From contig CAWELS010000050.1 of assembly GCA_963809945.1 (NCBI GenBank), forward strand, positions 54,471 to 118,470: a DNA stretch of 64,000 bases, written 5' to 3'. A program made the translations under genes and the position numbers. The notes beneath the pieces were generated by a model. It was not told the origin of the DNA. It saw nothing but the letters and a program-made list of their open reading frames with translations, and did no database searches. This DNA is from Bryobacterales bacterium. GTDB taxonomy: Bacteria; Acidobacteriota; Terriglobia; Bryobacterales; Bryobacteraceae. Positions 39,931-50,000 of the stretch are shown in pieces; within the stretch, counting starts at the first letter, position 1; each line of letters opens with the position of its first letter.

Positions 39931-40488
39931 GTGTACCATAGATCCGTGCCCACTCTCGACGTCGGCTGCGGAATCAACAAGCAATCCGGCTCCATCGGCA
40001 TCGATCGCAACCCGGCGTCGAACGCCGACGTGCTCGCCGAGCTCGACCACTTCCCCTATCCGTTCCGCGACGACTCCTTCGACGCCCTCCAGGCCATCCA
40101 CTTCATCGAGCACTGCGGTGACGTGATCCGCACCATGGAGGAGTTTCATCGCCTGGTGCGCCACGGCGGCATCGTAAAGATCGAGACGCCTCACTATACG
40201 GACTTCAGTTCGTTCTGCGACCCCACCCACCGCTGGCACCTCACCAGTTTCTCGCTCCGCTACTTCGGCGAGCGGCACGGCGGCTTCGGCTACTATTCAG
40301 CGGCCAGATTTCGGGAGAAGAAGGTCCGGCTAAAGCTACTCTCTCTGTGGAGGTGGTTGGGCTTTGAACTCCTGGTCAACCGCTTCCCGCGCTTCCGGCG
40401 TTTCTGGGAGTACTACTTGTGCTTCATAGTGCGCGGAAAGGTCATCCAGTTCGAGCTCGAAGTACTGAAACCGGCCGGCTCGCCATAG
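39931..40488 (+). CDS. Class I SAM-dependent methyltransferase (Methyltransf_11-like)
   Basis: TLDVGCGINK, DDSFDALQAIHFIEH, LVRHGGIVKIETP. The start is uncertain (GTG at 39931 or 39946). The upstream part of ORF 39766-40488 is the heptad repeat. Confidence 0.6.
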   Translation: MYHRSVPTLDVGCGINKQSGSIGIDRNPASNADVLAELDHFPYPFRDDSFDALQAIHFIEHCGDVIRTMEEFHRLVRHGGIVKIETPHYTDFSSFCDPTHRWHLTSFSLRYFGERHGGFGYYSAARFREKKVRLKLLSLWRWLGFELLVNRFPRFRRFWEYYLCFIVRGKVIQFELEVLKPAGSP

Positions 40489-40551
40489 CCCGATCAGCCG
40501 GCGGGACAGCCGGTGAGACCCGTTCCCCGACGTAGTGGATCCGCCGATCTC

Positions 40552-40992
40552 ATGCTCTTATCCCCGTTCCGGTTGCTGCTCCTGCTCTCCGACCGGCTCC
40601 GCCACCAGCGCCGGAAGCGCATATGGCACGCCGACCTCGCCTCCGGGCGCCGCGGCGAGGACATTGCCCACCGGTACCTGCGACGCCGCGGCTACACGAT
40701 CATCGCCCGTAACTACCGCGCGCGTTCCGGAGTATCCGAGCTGGACATCATTGCCCGGGAAGGCGAGACCGTCGCGATTGTCGAGGTGAAGACGCGCTCC
40801 CGCGGCGACCACGGTCCGCCGGAACGCGCAATTGGATCAGAGAAGCGCCGCAAGCTGTTCCGGGGCGCGCGGGAGTATGTCCGCCGCTGCGGCGCCGACT
40901 GGTCGCACGTCCGCTTCGACATCATCACCGTAGTCCTCACCGACCCGCCGGCCATCGAGCATTACCGCGACGTCTTCCCGCTGTCCGGGTAG
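40552..40992 (+). CDS. YraN-family (UPF0102) endonuclease-like protein
   Basis: GRRGEDIAHRYLRRRGYTIIARNYR...SELDIIAREGETVAIVEVKTR...RFDIITV. Confidence 0.75.
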   Translation: MLLSPFRLLLLLSDRLRHQRRKRIWHADLASGRRGEDIAHRYLRRRGYTIIARNYRARSGVSELDIIAREGETVAIVEVKTRSRGDHGPPERAIGSEKRRKLFRGAREYVRRCGADWSHVRFDIITVVLTDPPAIEHYRDVFPLSG

Positions 40993-41169
40993 CCGGGAAC
41001 TGGAAAGCTGGCCGGGACACGATCGTCAGGTGGACGCCACGCAGAATCTGAAGTACCCGTCGCGCTACGACGACCTTCATCCCTTTGGGTGGCCCACACC
41101 GGGCCGTGGTGATTCCGTGGAAGATCAGTGCCGCGAGCGCTTCCGGCTGCCCGGTCTGCCTGAACAGCC

Positions 41170-41223
41170 GCTCTCCTGTATACTGCTTAATATTCGGAGT
41201 CGGGAAACGGGGGATCAAAAGAA
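41170..41223 (+). promoter_or_regulatory. Conserved leader/promoter-like region of PQQ dehydrogenase 1
   Basis: CTCCTGTATACTGCTTAATATTCGGAGTCGGGAAACGGGGGATCAAAAGAA-ATG is nearly identical to 43943-43997. It contains TATACT (41179-41184) and a G-rich RBS. I found no convincing -35. Confidence 0.35.
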
Positions 41224-43458
41224 ATGCGTGTTCTCGTTTTGCTGTGCTTGGCCCTGTCCGCCTGGGCCGCGGATCAACATAAGACTTGGATGGATTACGG
41301 GGGTGGTCCGGACTCGTCCAAGTACGTCGCACTCGATCAGATCAACAAGAAGAACGTGGATCAGCTCCGCGTCGCATGGGTCTATCCAACCAAGGACAAC
41401 AGCTCCTACCAGTTCAGTCCGATCATCGTCGACAATGTCATGTACGTGCTGGCGAGGAACGACTCGCTGGTCGCGCTTGACGCCACCACCGGCAAGGAGA
41501 TCTGGGTTCACGAAGATCTGCGCGGCATCGCCTCCCGGGGCATCAACTACTGGGAGAGCAAAGACCGGAAGGACCGGCGCCTCATCTTCCAGATGAGGAA
41601 CTTCCTCCAGGAGATCGATGCCCGGACGGGCAAGTCAATCCTATCGTTCGGTGACAACGGGCTCGTCGACCTCAGGGTGGGCCTCGACCGCGACCCCGAT
41701 ACTATCATGCGCATCCAATCGGGCACGCCGGGGCGCATCTTCGAGAACTTGATCCTTCTGGGATCGGCTACCGGCGAAGGCTACTTCTCCTCGCCCGGGA
41801 CCCTGCGCGCCTACAACGTGATCACCGGCGAGCTGGCCTGGAAATTCCGCACCATTCCCCATCCCGGCGAGTTTGGCTACGACACCTGGCCGAAGGACGC
41901 CTGGAAGTACATCGGCGGCGTGAATACGTGGGGCGAGATCTCGGTCGACAAAGAACGCGGGATCGCCTACTATCCCCTCGGATCGCCGACCTACGACTAC
42001 TACGGCGCCGACCGCCACGGCAGCAACCTGTTCAGCGACTGCCTGCTGGCGCTCGACGCCCGCACCGGCAAGCACCTGTGGCACTACCAGTTCGTGCACC
42101 ACGATCTGTGGGACTACGACAACACCGCGGCGCCCCAGCTCATCACCGTGAAGCACAACGGCAAGACGATCGACGCCGTCGCGCAAGCCACCAAGCAGGG
42201 CTTCCTGTTCGTCTTCAACCGCGTGACCGGCGAGCCGCTGTGGCCCATCGAGGAACGCAAGGTGCCGCAGAGCGATGTCCCCGGAGAGCAGGCCTGGCCG
42301 ACCCAACCGTTTCCCACCGCGCCTCCTCCGTTCAACCGCCAGATCCTGACCGCGGACGACGTCAATCCGTATTTCCTAACGGCCAAAGAACGTGCCGAGT
42401 GGAAGGACCGGATCGCCAGCGCCCGCAAGGGGCTCTTCACCCCTCCGTCGCTCGAAGCCGAGACCATCGCGATGCCCGGCGCGGTCGGGGGTGCAAACTG
42501 GGGCAACACTTCGGCCGACCCGGAGAAGGGCATGGTGTACGTCCTCGTCCAGGACAAGCCGTCGTTCTACCAGCTCGGGCCGGACATTCCTGGAGCGGAC
42601 CGGATCCAGGGAGCGCGGAACGCCCAGTCCCTGTACGCCGCACGCTGCGCGGTGTGTCACGGTGCGAATCGGGCCGGCTCGGTGGCCTTCCCTTCGCTGC
42701 TCGACCTGGGCTCGCGCGTCAGCCAGGACGAATTCCACTTCATCGTCACCTCCGGGAAGGGAGAGATGCCGGCCTTTGGCGACCTGGACGACAAAGCGCT
42801 GAACGACCTCTACGAGTTCCTCGCACGAGGAGTGCGGGGCCGCGGCCGATCCGGCCAGGATGAGGTCGCGCGGGAGCCGCTCGGCGGGCCGGTGGTGGCG
42901 TCCGGCGGAGCGCCGGGAAGTGATGCACCGCGGCCCCGCTCGGAGTACTTCGGCATGGCTGGTCCGCCGTATCCCGAGGGTGTCGAGGCGCCCAAGACGC
43001 GCTACTACACGGACTACGGGCTGCAGTATCCCCACGTGATCAGTCCGCCGTGGTCCTCGATCGTCGCCTACGACCTGAACACGGGCACCATCAAATGGAA
43101 GCGTCCCCTCGGAGAAGACGCCGTAGCGGCAGCCCAAGGCGGCAAGGACACCGGACTGCTGACCGGATCACAACGTCACGGAGCGATCGTTACTTCCACG
43201 GGATTGATCTTCGTCCCCACCCGCGACGGGAAGGTCCGCGCCTTCGATGCGGACAACGGTGACGTGCTATGGACAGGCGATCTACCGGACGGTTCGGAGG
43301 GTATTCCGGCGATGTACGAGGTGGGCGGGCGCCAGTACCTGGTTGTTCTGGCCTCCTCTCCGGTCGTCTTCGGCCCGGAATCCGAACAACCCGCGGCGCC
43401 TGCAAACACCGAACGACGCGGCTACGTCGTCTTCGCGCTTCCCAAGACGTCGGACTAG
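41224..43458 (+). CDS. Periplasmic PQQ-dependent dehydrogenase (glucose/quinate-type propeller) with an internal class I cytochrome c domain
   Basis: Signal peptide; DQLRVAWVYPT; LVALDATTGKEIW; HHDLWDYDNTAAPQL; GGANWG; CAVCH (42646-42660) with GEMPAF downstream; then further propeller blades (IVAYDLNTGTIKWK, VRAFDADNGDVLW). Confidence 0.8.
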   Translation: MRVLVLLCLALSAWAADQHKTWMDYGGGPDSSKYVALDQINKKNVDQLRVAWVYPTKDNSSYQFSPIIVDNVMYVLARNDSLVALDATTGKEIWVHEDLRGIASRGINYWESKDRKDRRLIFQMRNFLQEIDARTGKSILSFGDNGLVDLRVGLDRDPDTIMRIQSGTPGRIFENLILLGSATGEGYFSSPGTLRAYNVITGELAWKFRTIPHPGEFGYDTWPKDAWKYIGGVNTWGEISVDKERGIAYYPLGSPTYDYYGADRHGSNLFSDCLLALDARTGKHLWHYQFVHHDLWDYDNTAAPQLITVKHNGKTIDAVAQATKQGFLFVFNRVTGEPLWPIEERKVPQSDVPGEQAWPTQPFPTAPPPFNRQILTADDVNPYFLTAKERAEWKDRIASARKGLFTPPSLEAETIAMPGAVGGANWGNTSADPEKGMVYVLVQDKPSFYQLGPDIPGADRIQGARNAQSLYAARCAVCHGANRAGSVAFPSLLDLGSRVSQDEFHFIVTSGKGEMPAFGDLDDKALNDLYEFLARGVRGRGRSGQDEVAREPLGGPVVASGGAPGSDAPRPRSEYFGMAGPPYPEGVEAPKTRYYTDYGLQYPHVISPPWSSIVAYDLNTGTIKWKRPLGEDAVAAAQGGKDTGLLTGSQRHGAIVTSTGLIFVPTRDGKVRAFDADNGDVLWTGDLPDGSEGIPAMYEVGGRQYLVVLASSPVVFGPESEQPAAPANTERRGYVVFALPKTSD

Positions 43459-43516
43459 CGCGGTGCGGCGGAGGAACTGCGAACGATGAGATCCGCTCCG
43501 TTGAAAGTCTTTCGGT

Positions 43517-43540
43517 GGGGCAGGCGGAACCGCCTGCCCC
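43517..43540 (+). terminator. Perfect 11-bp-stem hairpin GGGGCAGGCGG-AA-CCGCCTGCCCC downstream of PQQ dehydrogenase 1
   Basis: Lies 59 nt after the stop and is followed by a loosely T-rich stretch (GAGAGATTTCATCCTTTT). There is no canonical U-run. Confidence 0.4.
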
Positions 43541-43554
43541 GAGAGATTTCATCC

Positions 43555-43588
43555 TTTTGGATGGCCCGTCCCGGGCCATGGGGACTCC
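43555..43588. repeat. Short dispersed repeat, family E copy 2
   Basis: TTTTGGATGGCCCGTCCCGGGCCATGGGGACTCC. Contains the inner palindrome ATGGCCCG-TCC-CGGGCCAT. Confidence 0.65.
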
Positions 43589-43631
43589 ATTGAGCGTCGC
43601 CACACCTTCCCGTAGTGAAGCAGGCGGCAGA

Positions 43632-43703
43632 CTCCGCTCCCTTCGGTCACGGCTCCAATCACCGTGTTCGGCCCACTTGGAGCCGTGACCAGAGGGAGCG
43701 GAG
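43632..43703. repeat. Palindromic repeat, family D copy 2 (27-nt arms, 18-nt loop)
   Basis: CTCCGCTCCCTTCGGTCACGGCTCCAA ... TTGGAGCCGTGACCAGAGGGAGCGGAG. 25 of 27 arm positions are complementary by hand count. Confidence 0.8.
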
Positions 43704-43942
43704 AATAACGCTTCGATCGCTGTTCCTACGCCCTTTTGGAGCCCCCGGTGTCACCTTCATTCGCATGGACCGCCGGCACAAGGCCATCGTGAGCGAGCGC
43801 AGCAGACTGGTCGAAGCTTGGGCAGATTGCTGGTCGAACGCACCTTCCGTAGCAACATCGCCAGCAACCGTCCCCGGCGGCAGCCGTCCCTACTAGCAGG
43901 GGGGCGGAGCTGAGGCCGATTCGTCCACCGCCGCCCGGAGCG

Positions 43943-43997
43943 ACTCTCATGTATACTGCATAATGTTCGGAGTCGGGAAAACTGGGGATCAAACAAC
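43943..43997 (+). promoter_or_regulatory. Conserved leader/promoter-like region of PQQ dehydrogenase 2
   Basis: CTCTCATGTATACTGCATAATGTTCGGAGTCGGGAAAACTGGGGATCAAACAAC-ATG, with TATACT at 43952-43957. Confidence 0.35.
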
Positions 43998-46236
43998 ATG
44001 CGTGTTCTCGTTTTGCTGTGCCTAGCTATGTCCGCTTGGGCCGCGGATCAGCATACGACGTGGATGGACTACGCGGGTGGTCCGGACTCGTCCAAATACG
44101 TAGCGCTCGACCAGATCGACAAGTCGAACGTGGATCAGCTCCGAGTCGAATGGGTCTATCCAACCCAGGACAACAGCTCCTACCTGTTCAATCCGATCGT
44201 GGCGGACAACGTCATGTACGTGCTGGCGAGGAACGACTCGCTGGTCGCGCTCGACGCCACCACCGGCAAGGAGATCTGGGTTCACGAAGACCTGCGCGGC
44301 ATTGCCCCGCGCGGTATCAACTACTGGGAAAGCAAAGACCGGAAGGACCGCCGGCTCATCTTCCAGATGAGGAATTTCCTGCCAGGAGATCGATGCCCAG
44401 ACGGGCAAGTCTATCCTCACGTTCGGCGACAACGGACTGGTGGACCTCCGGGTGGGGCTCGATCGCGACCCTGAAACCATCATGCGCGTCCAGTCGAGCA
44501 ATCCGGGACGGATCTTCGAGGACCTGCTGCTGATGGGATCGGCCACCGGTGAGGGCTACATGTCCTCGCCCGGAACTTTGCGCGCCTACAACGTGATCAC
44601 CGGCGAGCTGGTGTGGAAGTTCCGCACCATTCCGCAGCCCGGCGAGTTCGGCTACGACACCTGGCCGAAGGATGCCTGGAAGTACATCGGCGGCGTGAAT
44701 ACGTGGGGCGAAATCTCGCTGGATGCCGAACGCGGGATCGCCTACTATCCCGTAGGATCGCCGACCTACGACTACTACGGAGCCGACCGCCACGGCGCCA
44801 ACCTGTTCTCCGACTGCCTGCTGGCGCTCGATGCGCGTACGGGGAAGCGCCTGTGGCACTACCAGCTCGTGCACCACGATCTGTGGGACTACGACAACAC
44901 CGCGGCGCCGCAGTTGATCACGGTGCAGCACAACGGGAAGTCGGTCGACGCGGTCGCGCAGGCCACCAAGCAGGGCTTCCTTTACGTGTTCAACCGCGTG
45001 ACGGGCGAGCCGCTATGGCCCATCGAGGAACGGGCGGTTCCGAAGAGCGACGTTCCGGGAGAGCAGTCCTGGCCGACCCAGCCCTTCCCCACGTCTCCGC
45101 CACCGTACACCCGCCAGATCCTGACCCAGGACGACGTCAATCCGTATTTCCTCACCCCTGAGGAGCGCGCCCAGTGGAAGGACCGGATCGCCAGCGACCG
45201 CAAGGGGCTATACACGCCGCCGTCGCTCGAGGCCGAGACCATTGCGATGCCCGGCGCGCGCGGAGGCGCCAATTGGGGCAGCACATCGGCGAACCCCGCT
45301 AAGGGCATGGTCTACATTCTGGCCCAGGACTGGCCGTCGTTCTACCAGCTCAGTGCCGAAGCTCCGGGATCCGGCCGCGCCCGGCAACTCCAGGGGGCTC
45401 AGGGCCTGTACGCACAGCGTTGCGCGGTCTGCCATGGCCAGGACCGGGCGGGCTCGGCGGCCTTCCCCTCGCTCCTCAACCTCGGGGAACGCGTGAGCCG
45501 CGAGGAGTTCCAGCACATCGTCACCGGCGGCAAGGCTGAAATGCCGGCATTCGGCGATATGGACAAGGAAACACTGGACGGCCTGTACGCTTTCCTCGCG
45601 GGCACGCTGCGCGGCCGCGGCCGATTCGGCGCCCGGAGTAACGCGCCAAAGGAGCCGCTGGGCGGGCCGGTGGTGGCCTCCGGCGGCGCACCGGGAACCG
45701 ATGCACCACGGCCGGCGGCGAAGTACTTCGGCATGGCCGGTCCACCGTACCCGGAAGGCCTCGACGTTCCCAAGACCCGCTACTACACGGACTACGGCCT
45801 GCAGTTCCCCTACGTGATCAGTCCGCCATGGTCCTCGATCGTCGCCTACGACCTCAACACGGGCACCATCAAGTGGAAGAGACCGCTGGGGCAGGATGCC
45901 AAAGCGGCCGCCGAGGGAGGCAAGGATACCGGGATCATGTCGGCCGGCGAACGCCACGGGGCGATCGTCACTGAAACGGGCCTGATCTTTGTCGCCACCC
46001 GCGACGGGAAACTCCGGGCATTCGACGCAGACAACGGTAACGTGCTGTGGACAACCGACCTGCCGGCCGGATCGGAAGGCATCCCGGCCATGTACGAAGT
46101 GAACGGGCGCCAGTACCTGGTCGTATCGGCCTCATCGTCGATCATATCCGGCCGGGAGACTGCGGGACGGGGCGCGCCGGAAGATGCCAAGGGGACGGGC
46201 TACGTCGCTTTCGCGCTTCCGAAGAAGTCTGACTGA
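43998..46236 (+). pseudogene. Paralogous PQQ dehydrogenase with internal cytochrome c domain, single frameshift at 44381
   Basis: Co-linear with 41224-43458 over the full length, roughly four-fifths identical by eye. CAVCH at 45421-45435. Here TTCCTGCCAGGAGATC versus TTCCTCCAGGAGATC in the paralogue (41602-41616), so one extra G splits ORFs 43998-44474 and 44440-46236. Confidence 0.85.
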
Positions 46237-46255
46237 TCCACGGATCTTCCACCGT

Positions 46256-46286
46256 TTCCGCGCCGGAGCGATTGGCCGGCGCGGAA
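46256..46286 (+). terminator. 11-bp-stem hairpin TTCCGCGCCGG-(9 nt)-CCGGCGCGGAA after PQQ dehydrogenase 2
   Basis: Starts 20 nt after the stop codon. No U-run follows. Confidence 0.35.
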
Positions 46287-46539
46287 ATGGTGCGTGCGTC
46301 CTCGAGAACGACCCAATCTCACGACCCGCTGTCATCCGCGTGGCAGCTGGCGTGCGCTCCCATCCTTACGGATCCATCTCCCACCACATCGCGCCCGAGG
46401 CCTCACACGAGGCCTATTCCGTGCGTCCGCCGCGCGTGGGCCGCTGCAAGTTGTTCAAAAGAGTCGTTTCGGACCTGATTGTATTGGCTGTGGGCGTTTT
46501 GAGGAATTGTAATCCGAGTGGGTGATCCTATCCCTCTTA

Positions 46540-46635
46540 GGGTTCCACAACGGCGGCAACTTCGACTTCGAGTACGTCACCGCCCACGGAAGTGTTGCCC
46601 TGCGGAACACCTCGAATGCCCAGCGTGACGTCAAC
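46540..46635 (+). pseudogene. 96-nt fragment homologous to an internal part of the downstream TonB-dependent receptor
   Basis: GFHNGGNFDFEYVTAHGSVALRNTSNAQRDVN versus WFHQGGNFNFEYVTADGGVAGQNTSNQQRGVN (48884-48979). About three quarters of the nucleotides are identical, and about 41 of the first 45. Confidence 0.6.
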
Positions 46636-46684
46636 TTCCAGACGTTGGCAACCGGCGGCCGCTCCGGCGGTCGCCACCCTTCAT

Positions 46685-46735
46685 ACGCCGTACCGTGTTC
46701 CTCACCGTACGCGGTACGGCGTTTTCCTTTTCTTG
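46685..46735 (+). terminator. Rho-independent terminator-like hairpin plus T-rich tail
   Basis: ACGCCGTACCG (46685-46695) pairs with CGGTACGGCGT (46712-46722) and is followed by TTTTCCTTTTCTT. An alternative shorter hairpin CCGTAC-GCG-GTACGG is also possible. Confidence 0.6.
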
Positions 46736-46863
46736 AAGCCCGAAGCGCGAGATGACTCCGCGTCCATCCCCTGAGCAGGCTAATATCCAAACCAAAAAAC
46801 AGGTAAGATTTGAGCACCCGCGCCAGTTAATCAGAAACGGACCTATAAATCTGCAATGGACGA

Positions 46864-46892
46864 TTGAGCCCTTCCCCACCGCGCGATATAAT
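46864..46892 (+). promoter_or_regulatory. Sigma-70-like promoter of the TonB-dependent receptor gene
   Basis: TTGAGC (46864-46869), a 17-nt spacer, then TATAAT (46887-46892), inside the only AT-rich stretch of this intergenic region and about 150 nt before the ATG at 47042. Confidence 0.5.
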
Positions 46893-47041
46893 TGAACTCG
46901 GTTAGTTTCTTTTCCCTCTAGAAGCTGTCCATCAGGGGATAGTCTCGCGTGGGTCGTATCCACAAGCGATCCGCTCGTACGGGAGTCAACAGCGAACCGG
47001 GACGAAGTGGCTCTCGGTTTGCCTATAAGGAACAGGGGTAC

Positions 47042-50000
47042 ATGTCTATCAAACCCTCTACGTCTATTCATAAGTTAATTTGCGGGTGCATTGTGCTGCT
47101 CGCAATTCTTCTAGCACCAGTTAGTTACGCCCAGATCCGCTCGGCGACCATCACGGGAACTGTGATGGACACGACCGGCGCTGTCATTCCGGGCATCGAG
47201 GTGGTGCTTACCAACCAAAACACGAACATTCAGGAAACGGCATCCACGACGGCATCAGGGCAGTACACCTTCCCCTACCTGCCGGCGGGTTCCTACACGG
47301 TCTCCATCAACGCGGACGGCTTCTCGCCCTACCGCCAGCGCGACATCACGCTGACCACCGCGCAGACCGTCCGGGCTGACATCAACCTGGAAGTCGGAGC
47401 AGTCAACCAGTTGATCGAAGTCACCGCGCAAGCGGCGCAAATCCAGACAGAGAGCGCCACGGTTCAAGGTGCGGTGCAATCCGACGTGATTGCCACCCTG
47501 CCCAATCCGACGCAGAATCCTCTCTTCTATGCCATGCTGCAGGCCGGCGTGACGCCGAATAACTCGGCGTCGGACACCACGGGCCTCAACTCGTTCGGTA
47601 TCGGTGTGGACGGTCGACGCCAGTGGTCCTCCCTTGGCGTCAACGGCGGCCGCGCCTGGACCAATGACATCCAGTTGGACGGCCTCCCGGTCATGGGTGG
47701 CGGGTACAACGAGGCGTCCGTTCTGCCGAACACCGAAGGCCTCCAAGAGGTCCGCATCATCGCCAACGACTTCAGCGCCGAGTACGGACGCGGCCAGGCT
47801 GTCGTCGCGATGAGCACGAAGTCGGGCACCAACGAATACCACGGTCAGGGCAGCTATCGCCTGCGGAACGAAGCCCTGATGGCCAACACCTATTCCAACA
47901 ACGCCAACAATGTGGACAGAAACCCGTTCAAGGTTCACGAGTTGGGCGGCGCCATCGGCGGTCCGATCCTCAGGGACAAGCTGTTCTTCTTCTCGAGCTA
48001 CCACTACCTGCGCTACAACTACGGCAGCACGTCGCTGATGTCGGTTCCCACCGCCCTCGAGCGGGTCGGCGATTTCAGCCAGACCAACATCCGGGATTCG
48101 AGCGGCCAGGCCGTTGCGGCGATGATTTTCGATCCCTACAACACCACTCAGATCGGCACGGACCTCTACCAGCGGGCATCTATCCCCGGGGCGGTGATCA
48201 CCAATGCCAATCCATACTCCCTGAAGATGTTCACCTACTATCCGGATCCCAACCGGAATCCGGATGACGAGTTCAACACGAACAACTTCTCCGCGTCCAC
48301 CATCAACACCCTCCGGCGTCACACTCTGAACAACCGCATCGACTACCGTATTGGCAAGCACTCGATCTACGGCAGCGGCGGAATTCAGAAAGCCGACAAC
48401 ATCACGCCGCGTCCGTTCGGCACGGCCCCCCTCAACAACGAGCCGGGCAAGAAGGGTGACAGGAACCCCTATGCCCAGATCGGCGACACCATCGTCGTCA
48501 GCCCGACCGTTGTAGTCGACCTCCGCTACGGTATCAACCGCATCAAGACCAACGCCATTGCCGGCAACAAGACCGGATGGGATGCGGCGCTGTACGAGCA
48601 GTTCGGCGTGCCGTCGAACATCCAGCCCTACTTCGCCCTCCCCGGCTCCGCTCCCTCCATCAACCCGAATGGCTACAGTGGCGGCAACGGTGGTGGCAGC
48701 AACTGGACCGCGCTCTCCTACACCGGTTACGGTAACAAGCGTGAGTTCCAGACGGGCCACAACCTCACCGGCAGCGTGACGAAGATCAACGGCTCCTGGA
48801 CCCACAAGTTCGGTGCCGAGTACCGCAACCTGCTGTCCAACTACCAGGACATGAACCAGCAGACGGCTTCCCTGCCGGCGCAGTGGTTCCACCAGGGCGG
48901 CAACTTCAACTTCGAGTACGTCACCGCCGATGGTGGCGTGGCTGGTCAGAATACCTCCAACCAGCAGCGGGGCGTCAACGGCGCCGCGATCTTCCTGGGA
49001 GCACCCACGTGGTGGATCCGGCCGGGCGCCAACGTCATGCCGGCCTTCTCACAGAAGTACTTCGCCGTTTATAGCCAGAACGACTGGCGTGCCACGTCAA
49101 AGTTGACCATCAACCTCGGCCTCCGGTGGGATCTGCAACCGGGCCCGACCGAGCGCTACAACCAAATGTCCGGCCTCGACCTGGACGCCATCAATGCGTT
49201 CGGCTACCCCGGCGCGATCGTGTTCCCCGGCGTCGACGGCTATAGCCGCAACCTTTGGAATACCCAATACAACAACATCGGACCGCGCCTCGGTTTCGCC
49301 TACCAGGTGAACCAGAGCACGGTGGTCCGCGGCGGATACGGTATCACCTACCTGCCGAGCAACACCGGCTACTTCTCGGGACCGACCGACTACGGTTCGG
49401 CCAGCTTCTCGAGCGGTACGCTGAACCAACCGTACGGCAACAACCCGGACGGCACTCCCGTGATGCACTTCTGGGATGCCACCGGCATCAACCAGGCCCT
49501 GGGCGCCAATCCCGGCGCTTCCTCCATCTACGGCGGCGCCGAGTCGAAGTTCGACCGCAACTTCAAGAACGGCCGGGCCATGCAGTGGAACCTCTTCGTC
49601 GAACGGCGGATCTCCAATGCCTGGTTCGCTTCCGTTGGCTACAGCGCGTCGCACTCGAGCGACCTGATGAACCGGGGCGTTCCGGTCAACAGCCTGCAGT
49701 ACCTGCCGCAAGCGGCGCTCGATGCCTGGCGCGCCGAGTACATCGGCACCAACGGTGTCACCAACCCGGCCAACGTCCAGGTCACCAACCCCTTCCAGCC
49801 GACCGATGGCACGCGCTACAACTTCCAGGGCTCCCTGGGCGCCGCCACCCTGGCCCAGTCAAATACGCTGTACATGTATCCCCTGGTCCGGGATGGACGG
49901 ACCACTTCCAGAGCCTGGGCCAACTACCATTCCATGCAGGCTCGCTTGAGCCACTCCTTCTCCAACGGCTTCCACCTGGACGTCAACTACACCTGGAGCA

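Noticed and set aside
41224-46236. The two PQQ genes as an assembly duplication artefact
   Set aside because: The copies differ at roughly one in five residues along their whole length and have distinct flanks, which fits genuine paralogues rather than a collapsed or expanded repeat.
46540-46635. Possible diversity-generating retroelement template/variable repeat pair (the fragment versus 48884-48979 in the receptor gene)
   Set aside because: Mismatches are spread over all bases and include many synonymous third-position changes rather than adenine-specific substitutions. There is no reverse transcriptase gene in the window. The matched region is mid-gene rather than in a C-terminal variable domain.
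46899-47041. Riboswitch (for example cobalamin or TPP) in the roughly 140-nt leader of the TonB-dependent receptor
   Set aside because: I could not find the B12 box or the TPP CTGAGA / ACCTGA core. A weak resemblance (GGGAGTCAACAGCGAACCGGGAC) is not enough. An Infernal scan would be needed to exclude it formally.
47255-48892. Very long antisense or off-frame ORFs: 47255-48892, 17617-19158, 34269-35660, 4493-5782, 19410-20654, 53431-54501 and 3360-4448
   Set aside because: Their translations are Arg/Gly/Pro/Ala/His-rich low-complexity strings typical of non-coding frames in high-GC DNA. Each lies entirely opposite or out of frame with a gene that has clear family motifs.
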